The notes under the pieces were generated by a model. That model was not told the DNA's origin. It saw only the letters and a program-made list of their open reading frames with translations, and ran no database searches. Both the position numbers and the translations under genes were made by a program. DNA of 64,000 nucleotides. Source: Auanema rhodensis. Its lineage: Eukaryota; Animalia; Nematoda. Of this stretch, positions 14,927-26,600 are shown piece after piece; position 1 is the first letter of the stretch; each line of letters starts with the position of its first letter. The stretch lies in assembly GCA_964057225.1 (NCBI GenBank), contig OZ059896.1, positions 8,928,001-8,992,000 of the forward strand. The letters run 5' to 3'.

Positions 14927-16131
14927 ATGAGTGTTTGTACTGCTAAATGTGAGAACTGTGATTTAATCCGGTTGATACCATTATCCTATGTTATTCCTAC
15001 TTTTATACTGTATATTTTACTAGCACGTTTAATAGTGAAACATAAAGAATTTCATTCCATTTTTTATGCACAATTTTTCGTTATAGCTGTAAATGTAGGT
15101 TTTTATCTAGTTTATTGATTGAGCTAATTTCAATTTTTTAGAATTGTTTACTATGGATAGCAGAAGCGGCATTAGAACGTATTCCCGACTTCACGGTAAT
15201 TCTACTTTAAAGAATCGTTTGAAATCCAATATTTAAGGTGTTATGTCCATTTTTGTGGGAAAATTTTAATAAGCCTAATCAGTGGTTTTTTGCATTTAAA
15301 TTTATTTTTCTATATTCACCCCATCTTCAATCTACAACATCGGTTGTTCTAGTTTTTAATCGTTTAACAGCTATTTGTTTTCCGGTGACAATTCATAATG
15401 TTAGTTTTTTATACTTTATTTTCTGATGTTTATTAATTTATTTATTTCAGATATGGACTACTCATCGTAAACACATTTTCGCAGCTCAATTTTTGGTTCC
15501 ACTACTATGCGCTGCTCATGCTATACCCTGGCCCACAATGATACATTCATTTGGTAGAGTACACAGAGGACTTGTAGTGAAATATGTTCCTTTGTGGCCA
15601 TATGTATGATGTCATTATTAGTTCAATAATTCTCAAATTCCTTTTAAGCTTCCTCTTGGAGTAATAAACAGTATCATAGGTGGTATAAACGTTGCAGTCA
15701 TTTTCATTGGAACCACATTTACTTTTTATAAGATATATACGGCTAATATTCGAACTCAAAATGGGAAACAGATAGAGTATAATCTTTTTCTTACAGCTTT
15801 TTTTCTTTCTTTGTCAACAATTTTACTTTGTGTATATCAGGTGATTTTGAATGATTTCAAAGAAAACCACTTTAACCATTTTTTAGATATTTATATTTAC
15901 AAGTTCTCAAGCTAGTTATAGGTCATTTTACTTCTGGCTCTTAAAAAACAGAGGTTTTTATCTTAAAAAATTAAATAATATTATAGTTTTTAAGGAGTTA
16001 TTTTGGATTTGTATACATTAGCACCAGCCTGGATTTTTTTTGTTCTTCAAAAGAGAATAAGATATAGGCTATTACTTAGCTGTATGTATAAGTCTCGAGC
16101 ACCCATTTCAGCACTGAGTATAACACGATAA
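14927..16131 (+). CDS. Serpentine 7TM chemoreceptor, Srg superfamily (srg/sru/srv-like), 7 exons
   Basis: Continuous spliced ORF with hydrophobic helices and family-like motifs YVIPTFILY, SIFYAQF, NRLTAICFP, IEYNLF and DLYTLAPAW. Stop TAA at 16129-16131. Confidence 0.85.
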
Positions 16132-16344
16132 GTTCAAACATGTATTTAGAATTAAACATATCTATGATCAACCAATTAGAATAGTAGTATTATTCATCTT
16201 AATCCATGATGTAAATGTCACATGCTGTTGCAATTTCAAAGATCTTTTTTTTTTCATTTCTAGATCTCACCTTTGATGTTTCAAATAATTTTACATACTT
16301 TTTGCTTTTCTGATTTTTTCATATTCTTTTTCCAATTTTTAGTA

Positions 16345-16375
<31 letters not shown>

Positions 16376-16651
16376 TAATAATAAAATGAGGCTTCAAGTA
16401 AAAATTAATTTCATGAAAAATTGATTTATAGCTTATTAAATTATTAAAGCTCGCATTTCTTTCGATATGCTGTGAAAACAAGTGGTGATGTCGAAATGAA
16501 AGAAAAAACATAAATGTTCGAAGATCTTGTATTGAAACATTGCTTGATAACTAATGATTAATACATAGCAATGTAATGAATGTGTTGCTTTACGTGAAGC
16601 TTCACGTGATGATAAATCATTTTTTTAAATCTGGAAACGTTTTCTGGTTGA

Positions 16652-19013
16652 ATGTCTTCTCCATCACAATGGCAATACGAAGAATCAAAAGTATAATTTT
16701 CTATTAATTAGTGTTTCAAATTTAATTTATGTACAGCAAATTTCGATTCAAATAATCCTTGATGATTCCACTTTACGTGTTGTTCAAGTTAGCTTAAAAG
16801 AGAAACATTTCTTGACGAAGGAATTTTCTTTCATTACTATAGAAGAACATCATAAGGTTCACATAACTTTATTAACTATTAACAATTATATTTTATTTAA
16901 GGCTAAAAATTCTATTAAATTATCAGTTAATCCACTGTTCAATTCAGAATGGGAATTGTTGTATCAGTTACGTATAAAAACAGGATCAAACTCAAATTGT
17001 TTAACAATAGCAGATAAAGTATGAATATTCAATATAGTACAATGATATAATTAATTTAGACTGTTTTTCAATTTACTTCCAAAAATAATAATGTCTCGTT
17101 TGATCTACTGGACGATATCAAGTGCGTCACATTTGAACTTAGAACGTTAAATGAGGTGAGGCTTAATTAGTTATTACTATTTACTAAAATGCTGTTTTAG
17201 TTTAATTTAATTCATCCCTCACTAACAGAAGGTGATATATTACTTCGGTTCGCTGATGGATCTTTCATTCAAACACATCGATCTTTACTATGCCTTGCTT
17301 CTGAATCTATTTGTTAGTATCAACATGTAATTTAAACCTAAAAATACTTTATTTAAAGCTGAAATGCTCACAACTTATCCGCAAACGGACTGCATAAATC
17401 TGCAGGAACTTCAGAAAGATGCATTCATGGAGTTGTTTCTTAGAGTTCGACTTTTAAATGAAAGACAACGGTTATTTTCGTTTTAAGCTATATCCTAACA
17501 GACGACTGATTTGCCACAACTTTGAAAAATTCGCGAAAGTTGCTGTTGCCTTACGATGCCGAGCTTTCATTATTAGATTATCAGAATATTTATCTTCCTC
17601 GGCTCATCAAAATGTTATTTCAATTAATTTTGCAATTTTTTAAAAACAAATATAATTATTTTATAGTTATCAAATCTAGATCGATTGAAAATTGCCGTAG
17701 ATCTACGTTTGGTACCAGCAATCAAAGATTTGGTTTATAAGTTGATTTTAGCTAATTTAATCTCGCAATTAGAAACACCTTGTCTTTAGATCGGTAAAAA
17801 GTGGTGAATGGGCCAAACTAATAGAAAAAAATTTTAATCCCACAAATTTGTTCCCATCAGAGGTTTATGACATTATTGTTCAACCAATTGTTTCAGAGGT
17901 AAATTAACTAGATTTTCCAAATGCGTAGATCATTTGGAAGTATTAATGTGATTTGCTTGTAGGAGAAATTGCCCAGCAATCCGACAATTGAAACCCACTT
18001 CGATTTCTTTTCCAATGAGGTTCAAAATTTAGTTTGATGTGGTAATTAACATTAGATACTTTCAGGCGGCATCCTTAAGGTACAATAGAAAAGTGTTATT
18101 CCTGGATACTCCATTTTATATCAACAAAGGAGTTTTAGCACTTCATGGAATAGGCAGCTTTAGAAAGAATGAACAGGGTAGATAACTAATTAATTCTGAT
18201 TATGATGTAATTGAGTTTCTATATATATATATATATATATTACAGGAGATCTTGTAGCACGATACACGAAACGTTTCCAACGAGAGTGCGCTCAGGCTGA
18301 AACTACTCCAGGTGATGTAAGTGTTTTGAATGTTTCTGTCGTTCAGTACTTTTTATTCTTCTAAGATTTTTCTACATTTGATTATGCAATTGTACCCGGG
18401 GGGTCCTGAAATTCCACAATATCATGAAAGAGCGGCTATTATATTTTGCCACGATCATGGATGGTCTAGAATGGCTTATGTACTTGAGCAGGTTTAACAT
18501 CTATGGACGAAAATGGACGAAAAGAGACATTTTATTTTTAAGATTCATTTAAACAATCCTGTAACCACTAAATCTCAATTCATTCAACGTATTACATTTG
18601 CTGAAGAATTTAATTTAAAGAATTTAATGAGGTCTTGCTTATTATATGCAGAAGGCAGGTTAGTGTTGCAAATCTTACTATTATTCTTATAATATGTTCA
18701 AAATTCATTTTACAGCTGTCATAAATATGCTCATGAATTCATACATACTATTGAATTCCAAAAATTATCTGATTTAACTCGAAGGCAACTGGTTGATAGA
18801 GTATTTTGCGGTTGGGGTTTAGACATATCTAATGGTATAATTGCTAATAGATTGTCTATCAGGTACCAGAATTTGAATTCTGTTAAGAGATATAACTAAT
18901 TTTTTATTTTTTGAATTCCACAAGAGACGGATGTTCGAGAACTAGGAATAGGCAGAGGTGGACCCAAGATATTCGAAGATGAAGAGCATACAGATGATTG
19001 TTTCGAAATGTGA
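16652..19013 (+). CDS. BTB/POZ-domain protein (probably two BTB-like repeats)
   Basis: Starts MSSPSQWQYEESK. BTB-like segment GDILLRFADGSFIQTHRSLLCLASESI...DAFMELFLRLYP, and a second similar segment FPDTPFYINKGVLALHG...FLHLIMQLYP. Micro-introns throughout. The frame of the last exon is ambiguous (stop at 18981 or 19013). Confidence 0.75.
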
Positions 19014-19178
19014 TTTTTTTATTTAAAAATGAATATTGAGTTTTTAATAACATAAATAGTTTAGCTATCTTTATTATTTAGCTGATAATATAATCACATA
19101 CGTAATGATTCTTGAAGCATATTTACAATATACTAAATTATTTATTAGTTCACTTTTTTTTTAAAATATTTTTTGTAT

Positions 19179-21238
19179 TTAAATACTAAGCTGGCCTTTT
19201 TTTTTATCAAATTGATGGCGATTATGATGATGATGATGATGATGATGATATCTATTACGTTGCTTTCTATGATCCTTTATAGAAGCAATAGTCGGAATAT
19301 GCTAAAATGTAAAGAATAATTTGAAGTTTGTTTTAAAATTTTACGTGATCTGAAGCTGCGTGTTCAATTCGAAGAACGATGACATCTCTGCGAGGTAGGT
19401 CTCTCCAAGGTATTTCCTCTGCAGGAATTTTAAATTCATCCGATTTGGTTAATTTAAATGTTTTTGATGTTCCCAGAAATTTAACAATTGTCTGAACCAC
19501 CTATGTACAAACAAAGGGACAAAGAAATATCACCTGTTTCGTTGGTTTTATATGATTCAAATATATACTAGTTCCAGATGTATCCAAAATCCAAGCATAG
19601 ATAATCGTTGTTTGTTCAAATTGTTTGTTATAAAGACTGTTATCATCAGGAATTCCGTGATAACGTGAAGTATACCTAAACAACTCTTATCGTTCAAAAC
19701 CTTGATAAGCAGTTCAATTCCCACCAAGTATTGGAAGTATCGTTTTGGTAAATCCAAGGCTTGGTATCATATAATGCTTCTCCGACAGTATCGAGAAACC
19801 TATTATAACACAAAATAAGACATAGTAAAGTTATAGTGATTTACTTACAGGCCCAATTCATGAAGTCTAGTTTGAAATATGAGTGGAATTCTTCCATGAT
19901 CATCAGGTCCAACATTCAAAAGGATATTTCCACCACAAGCAACAGTTCGAGAAATTTGAAATAATATTTCATACACAGTTTGAACATCCTCTTCCTAATG
20001 AATAAATGAAAAAACTATGAAAATATTGAATTTTTATTGAATATACCTCCATATCTCGCCTGTAGCCCCAAGATTTCTTATCCATCGTGAAACAATTTTC
20101 CCATTTACGTGGTTGCAAAACTCCAGGATCATAGTGATCGGAGAATGTTAAAAATCCTCCATGCTTTCCCATTACCCCTTTTCCCCAACGATCATTCACA
20201 ACCACAGTATCCTTTACAGGACTGAAGGAAAGAGAATATTACGTTGACAAATTAGTAAAACCTTTCATTATACAGCCATGCTAGAAATTCCTTACTCTTC
20301 CAATATTCTTCAGGTTTTTCCCAGTCTCCATCACTCCAAATTACGCTGGGTTTATAAAGAGATACAAGTTCAAGCATCTGTGGATATGACACTGACTAAA
20401 ATTGATAGTTTTCAGTTATAAATTTCAATATTATATCACATCACTAAATGCTGTTAAATTTTCATTAGCTTTATCCATCAAATATAAAGGATGAAACCAA
20501 TCATATTGAGAAAAATACAATCCAAATGTGATACCACTTTTGGTCATGTACTTCTTCAAATCTCCTATAATTTTATTTTCAAGTGTATGTAATATGTAAA
20601 GCAATATTACCAACTATATCCCTTTTAGGACCGATATCGACAGAATTCCAATTGAAACTTGTAACACTAGGCCACATTGTAAAACCTTCATGATGTTTAC
20701 TAGTAAAAACAAAGTATCTGAATAAAGAAAAACTTTAATAAGATGTGTGAAAATAACTTGCTTTGCTCCAGAAGATTTAACAACGTTTGCAAACTCTTCA
20801 GGGTTAAAAAGATCGGCCTTAAACTAAAGTAAATATTGTTACAGCAATTGTGGAAAAGTAACAACAGTACATCTTTAGCAAAATCAGCGTATGTTACCCC
20901 AGGTGGGTAATTATTGGCTATAAATTCATTTACTTCACGATCTTTCTCACCTTTCCAATACCACCACAACCATTCAGATCTGAGTTTTATACATCATTAT
21001 TTTCAAAAGCTAACGAATTAATTGCCTATGTGCTGGAACAGAGTAAACACCCCAATGACAAAAAATTCCAAACTTTTGATCATCATACCAACTTGGTAGA
21101 GGGCGTGATTCTAATGAATCCCAAGTAGGCTTAGAAGAATCATATTATAAACTAAAAAGAGAATGGAGTTACCAGATATGTGGCGAATCCAGATGAAATC
21201 AAGACAGCAGCCAATATGTAGAATGTCATTTCTACCAT
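19179..21238 (-). CDS. Alpha-L-fucosidase (GH29) with signal peptide
   Basis: Signal peptide (MVE)[16 protein letters not shown] followed by [61 protein letters not shown] (nucleophile Asp), [22 protein letters not shown] and LLNVGP. Start is 21238 or 21229. Confidence 0.96.
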
Positions 21239-21902
21239 TGACAACAAAGATGATAAGAAAAAATTGCAATACTATTAGATAAGAAGTTGTTGTCCTGTCT
21301 ATTTGTTTTTCTAATATCTATAAGAATAATTTCCAATTGACTCAGAAAAAAGTTAAGCAAAAAGTATTTATAATGCATCGAAAATTCACGTTTAGCGTTT
21401 ACTGTATTTTAAAAATAAAATGTAATATATCTGTGGGTATCAGTATAAAGTTCATTTTCGGACTTATACCTGAAGGACCAAAAATATTTTCACTAATAGA
21501 TCAAGTTATGAGAAATCATAAACAAAAATATTTGTATTTAAGAGAAATATGCCAATAACTACATATCTTTAGCCACGCGCATTGGTTCTAAAGAACAAAA
21601 ACTTTGGTACTACTAAACTCCTCATCTACTAGTTCTTGATCTATATTTGAACTTTCCTCTTAAGATCTTAGGTTCTTTTCTGTTTCATCATGAAAATACA
21701 ATGTTAAAATTTATATCAATCATTCGAATAATTGTTGTTCGTTTCCATCGTAGATTTAATTCACAAATTGGTAAATCGTTTTAAAATTTCCTTTTTCCAT
21801 CTTTTTTCATGCTATAAAGTAGAATGCTAATATTTTATGATTTGATTCCTCATTCAACAAACAAATACAAAATAAATTAGCATACTAATTGAGAAGGGAA
21901 GG

Positions 21903-22004
21903 GGCGCGAACTCACTATTAATACCTTCCTTATATGAGGGATTCACTTCGGCCGGAGGGTCTTAGCACGCAAAAATTAGTGCGCGGGAAATGGGCGATTT
22001 TGAA
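21903..22004. promoter_or_regulatory. E2F/DP sites and CHR-like element in the cdk-1 promoter
   Basis: GGCGCGAA at 21903-21910 (reverse complement TTCGCGCC), GCGCGGGAAA at 21981-21990 and TTTGAA at 21999-22004, within a small GC-rich island. Confidence 0.6.
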
Positions 22005-22153
22005 TTTTCCTGTTCAAAACGACGAAGAACTGAACAAAGTGATGTCTTGATTATAATTTTTTAATATTATTTTCATATTCTCACTGTATGTAGAATCTGA
22101 TTACAAATATAATTATGAATTTATAATGTTTTCTTTTAGCTCCATTTGTGAAC

Positions 22154-23426
22154 ATGAGGAATGGAGGGGAATCCCATTTCTCTCTTGATGACTTTGTAAA
22201 GCTTGAGAAAATTGGAGAAGGTGCTTCATCATTTTATCTTAATGCCTATGATATTTTTTCAAGGAACATATGGTGTTGTTTACAAAGGTCGTAATAAGAA
22301 AACAAGTCAAATGGTGGCTATGAAGAAGATTAGACTTGAAAGTGAAGATGAGGGTGTACCTTCTACAGCAATTAGGGAGATCTCCCTTCTAAAGGAGCTA
22401 AAGCATCCTAATGTTGTTGCTCTAGAGGATGTAATCATGCAGGTATATAATCTATTTATGTGAATTTCTGTTTGATCCAATCCGTTTACAGGAGAACCGT
22501 TTGTATCTTATTTTTGAATTCTTGTCTATGGATTTGAAAAAATACTTGGATCAACAACCAAATGGGCTTAACCGCGATACTGTTCAAAGTTACTTGTTCC
22601 AGGTAATACAAATTACTGTGATGATGTTTTTAATTTTACGTTTTAAGATTTGCCAAGCAATGTGTTTCTGTCATCAGCGTCGTGTAATTCACAGAGATTT
22701 AAAACCTCAGAATCTTCTTGTTGATGGAAAAGGAGCTATTAAATTGGCTGATTTCGGCTTAGCTAGAGCTATTGGAATTCCTGTCAGAGTTTACACCCAT
22801 GAGGTAAATATTCAAAATTATTTTGATTGAGGTTAATCGAATATATTAGGTTGTAACTTTGTGGTATCGTGCCCCTGAAATTCTTCTTGGTGGAACTCGA
22901 TATTCAATGGGAGTCGATATGTGGTCGATTGGATGTATTTTCGCCGAAATGGCATCGAAAAAGCCTCTCTTCCAGGGAGATTCCGAAATTGATGAATTGT
23001 ATAAAATTTTCAGGTTTGAGTTTATTCCTTATTTGACATTAATATAATGTGTATGGTTTAGAGTTTTCGGTACACCAACTGAGGAAAATTGGCCAGGAGT
23101 TACAGCCTTGCCTGACTACAAATCTACCTTCCCCAAATGGAGAGGAAAACCATTAACTGAAATTATGGGAGATTATATGGACGACGATGCTCTCGATCTT
23201 TTGAAGGTATATATTATCCTAATTTAATTCAGTTAGTAACCTTATTTAGGCTATGTTGATCTATGACCCAGCTTGTCGAATTTCTTCGAGAAAATCTCTT
23301 ACTCATTGCTACTTCGATGATGTAATTTTTAATAATAATTATAACTATGTAACATTATTCTTTTTTTAGGTGGATACATCTCGCTTGCCAGCCGGTGATT
23401 ATAGAGGCCAGCTTCAACTTAACTAG
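22154..23426 (+). CDS. cdk-1: Cyclin-dependent kinase 1, 8 coding exons
   Basis: [67 protein letters not shown] and GDSEIDEL. Seven GT-AG introns of ~40-50 nt. Stop TAG at 23424-23426. Confidence 0.98.
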
Positions 23427-23691
23427 ATTGAATTATCCTCTTGATGACTTCATTAACATAATCTCACTTTTATAGATACTCCATCTCTGCTTTAGAGTAT
23501 TATATATTTTGTACATCCGTTGTATTTTAGCTTCTATCTAATGAAATTATAAATACCTTAACACTCGTACTCGGTTTGATTTGATGTAGTTTTAACTTAC
23601 ATAAAAGGAGAGCACCAGTCATCTTGCTGTTTACTATGTTTATCTTTAGTTCAGTAGCATGAAGTCTTTGTTTAGAATAAAAAATAATTTA

Positions 23692-26600
23692 TTACATGTC
23701 TGATTGAAATAGTTGCACTGCAAATTTTACAAGAAGAATTTCAGTATTATTCCCTGATGTACCTAAAATATGACATAACAACTTCCAATACGGTTCAAAC
23801 ATACCGGTTCTGAGTTGCATTTTTTTTGTGATAGGACCGCGCAATTTTGAAGTTTCGTTTATAAGCTCTTTAAGGCTTACTTTAGCTTGCTCTATATGTT
23901 CAAATATAAAATAAATATTTAGAAAATAACTAATTACCTAATACAGGAAGATCCGGTGAAAAAACTCTTTTCTGATAGAGAGCTATTTGTAAAGAGCAAT
24001 CAAACGATGAAAAAGGAAATTGACACGTTAGTTGCAGATCATTTTTCGATAGATCAGCGTCGATAGTTTCTATGATAGGACCAAGACTTAAGTGAAATAA
24101 ATGCTGCAAAAATATGATATATTGGTTAGAAAAGAAGACAAGTTGACTCACTGGAGGAGATCCTACAGTTTTTGCATTAATATTTTGAACAGATAGGATT
24201 TCTACAAGTAATCTACCTTTCAAATTCTGGGATACAGTTCGACGATTCTACAAAAATGAGATAAATTTTAAAATTCACTTGGAGCAACATTTTCTATTTC
24301 AGATATAGCAATTGCATGAAGATCAATGGCTTGCTGAATCTCCTTCGTCCACAGTTTCGCAGCATTTCGAGAATGACATCGCAGATGTACTGTGTCTTCA
24401 CCTGAAACACACGAAAAGGCTAATTGGCAAGAAATTTGTTTTACCGTATTGCAAACTGATATGAGTATCACTTTCCTTGTTAGGCACGATCATTAGCTTT
24501 TGCAATAAATATGGTTGTTTATACACGGTTAGTTTCACATCTGTAGTCCGCGAAACTTTAAAGCTATCAGGCTGTAAATAATTTTAGAAAATAACAAACA
24601 TTCTTGCAAAAGTTGCCTCATTTATAGTTTCATCTGGAGTACATAGGAGAAGAAAATCATTGAAGAGGAGGGCAACTAATAATTTACCACTTCTGGCTTT
24701 GTATATAACACCAGAATGCAAGAACGATCTGTTACCCTATATAATTTATGTTATTCGTTTATAATTTTTGAAACTAACCAATGAACGAGTAAGTGAAGTA
24801 AATTCAATAGACGGATTCATATTCAAACAACGAATGTGCTGTTGTGCCCAGCACAGCAATGCTACGGTATCCATCTCTTTCACTGCCTGATTCACTTCAG
24901 CAACAAGCGCTCGAAGTAACTGTAAAGCTGCATCCAAATCCTAAACAGTTATACTAGGTTACTCCAATGTTAAATTTTGAATATACCTGTTGCTCATTCG
25001 AATACTGAACGCTACATTCTTTCAGCATTTTCTCGACCAATAATGGATATCTTAATATCTGATGTTAAGCATCATGAGGGTTTATGTACCTAGTAACACG
25101 TCCAAGAGGAATCATTAAGAAATAGTTCAAAGTCATTCCTCGAGCATGCGGAGAAGCACAACATTGTGCATATAAAGCTCTTGCTTCAGGAGATTGTAAT
25201 AGCTTTGGAATAGTTTCAAGAGCAGCTTGTTGATTCTAAATCCATATACAGAATTTGACATTCGTAATTCTTAAATACCTTACAGAATGTCGTGAAAACA
25301 GATAAAGAGCTTATCTCAGCCAAAAACAATGATCCTACAAATTATTCAGTACTACACATCAATATTTGCCAATATGTTACCAATAGACTCATTTCGTTTC
25401 ATCCTTGTTAACATTTTCTTCGATTCATCTATTAATTGATCCCAATTAAGAAAGACGTGATCAAGTTCTGTCTTTTTAACTACATTTATCAGATTTTGAT
25501 AAAATAATTTTTTAGCCAATACTAAATCACCCAGATAGCGTTCTTCAGTAGTGATCAACTCCTTAAATCCATTGAATTTCTAATGCACGACGCACTTCTA
25601 TTTCACTTACTTCTTTCAATTTCAAGTATTTCTCTGTAGGAACAAACGTGTCCATTGCCGGAGGCTCCTCATAAAGTGCAGGGATTGGAGCACTCTGTGT
25701 ACTTGGTCAGTTACGTTTTCTCTTTATGTATTACCTCATATGTACCGGGTGTAGGAGGGAAGTCATATATATTACTTTGATGAGATTTACGATCTATTGA
25801 AGTTTCCAAAGGCGGCAACTCATACAAAGAAGGTGGCTCACTATATAGTGCAGGTGCCAAGCTTCAAAAACAAAAAATAAAAGTCATTTTCAAAATTTCC
25901 CGAATTATGCATGTTCATGCACTCTTGATTAATACTTATCCATAAAAAAACATGCAATAATCTTGTTTAAACATGAAATGCTAGTGTTATAAAGTGGATA
26001 GGCCAGATAGAAAATAGTGACATTCTCAAAAGAATTAAATGAGAGAATTGAAGTATAAAACATGCACTATGAAAGTTATCACGCAAGCCACCACACAACA
26101 AGTAAATTGATTAAAATGAGATGATTCTTAAAAATAATTTTATTATAAAAACATTTGCTCGATAAACTACTATAAACTATGCAAATTCGACTATTATTGC
26201 AAAACATTACAACGGCTGACTCCGATGGCTTAACTTACAGATACGGAAAGATCTAGACTACAAAGTAAGAAATTACAAAAACTTTTAGATTCAACATTTG
26301 CCGAATAGGAAGTACTGGAACATGTGTGGTGGGCGTGAAAGTGATTAACTTAGTAAAGTGTGAGGAGAGCTCTTAAGGATGACCAGAAATCAGATTGTGA
26401 ATCAAGCCGAACTTTAAGAGCTTATGGAATTATTATGCATATGACCATATTTTGCAGAGGAAGTTAATAAATATGAATCTGTACAAAACAGTATATTGTT
26501 TTCGTGAAGGAAAACAAAAGGAAGATGGACGTAGGAATGTTGAAAACTAGGTTGGTGCAGAAGTGAACGTAAATGGAACGTTGTAAGCAGTTGGGGAAAA

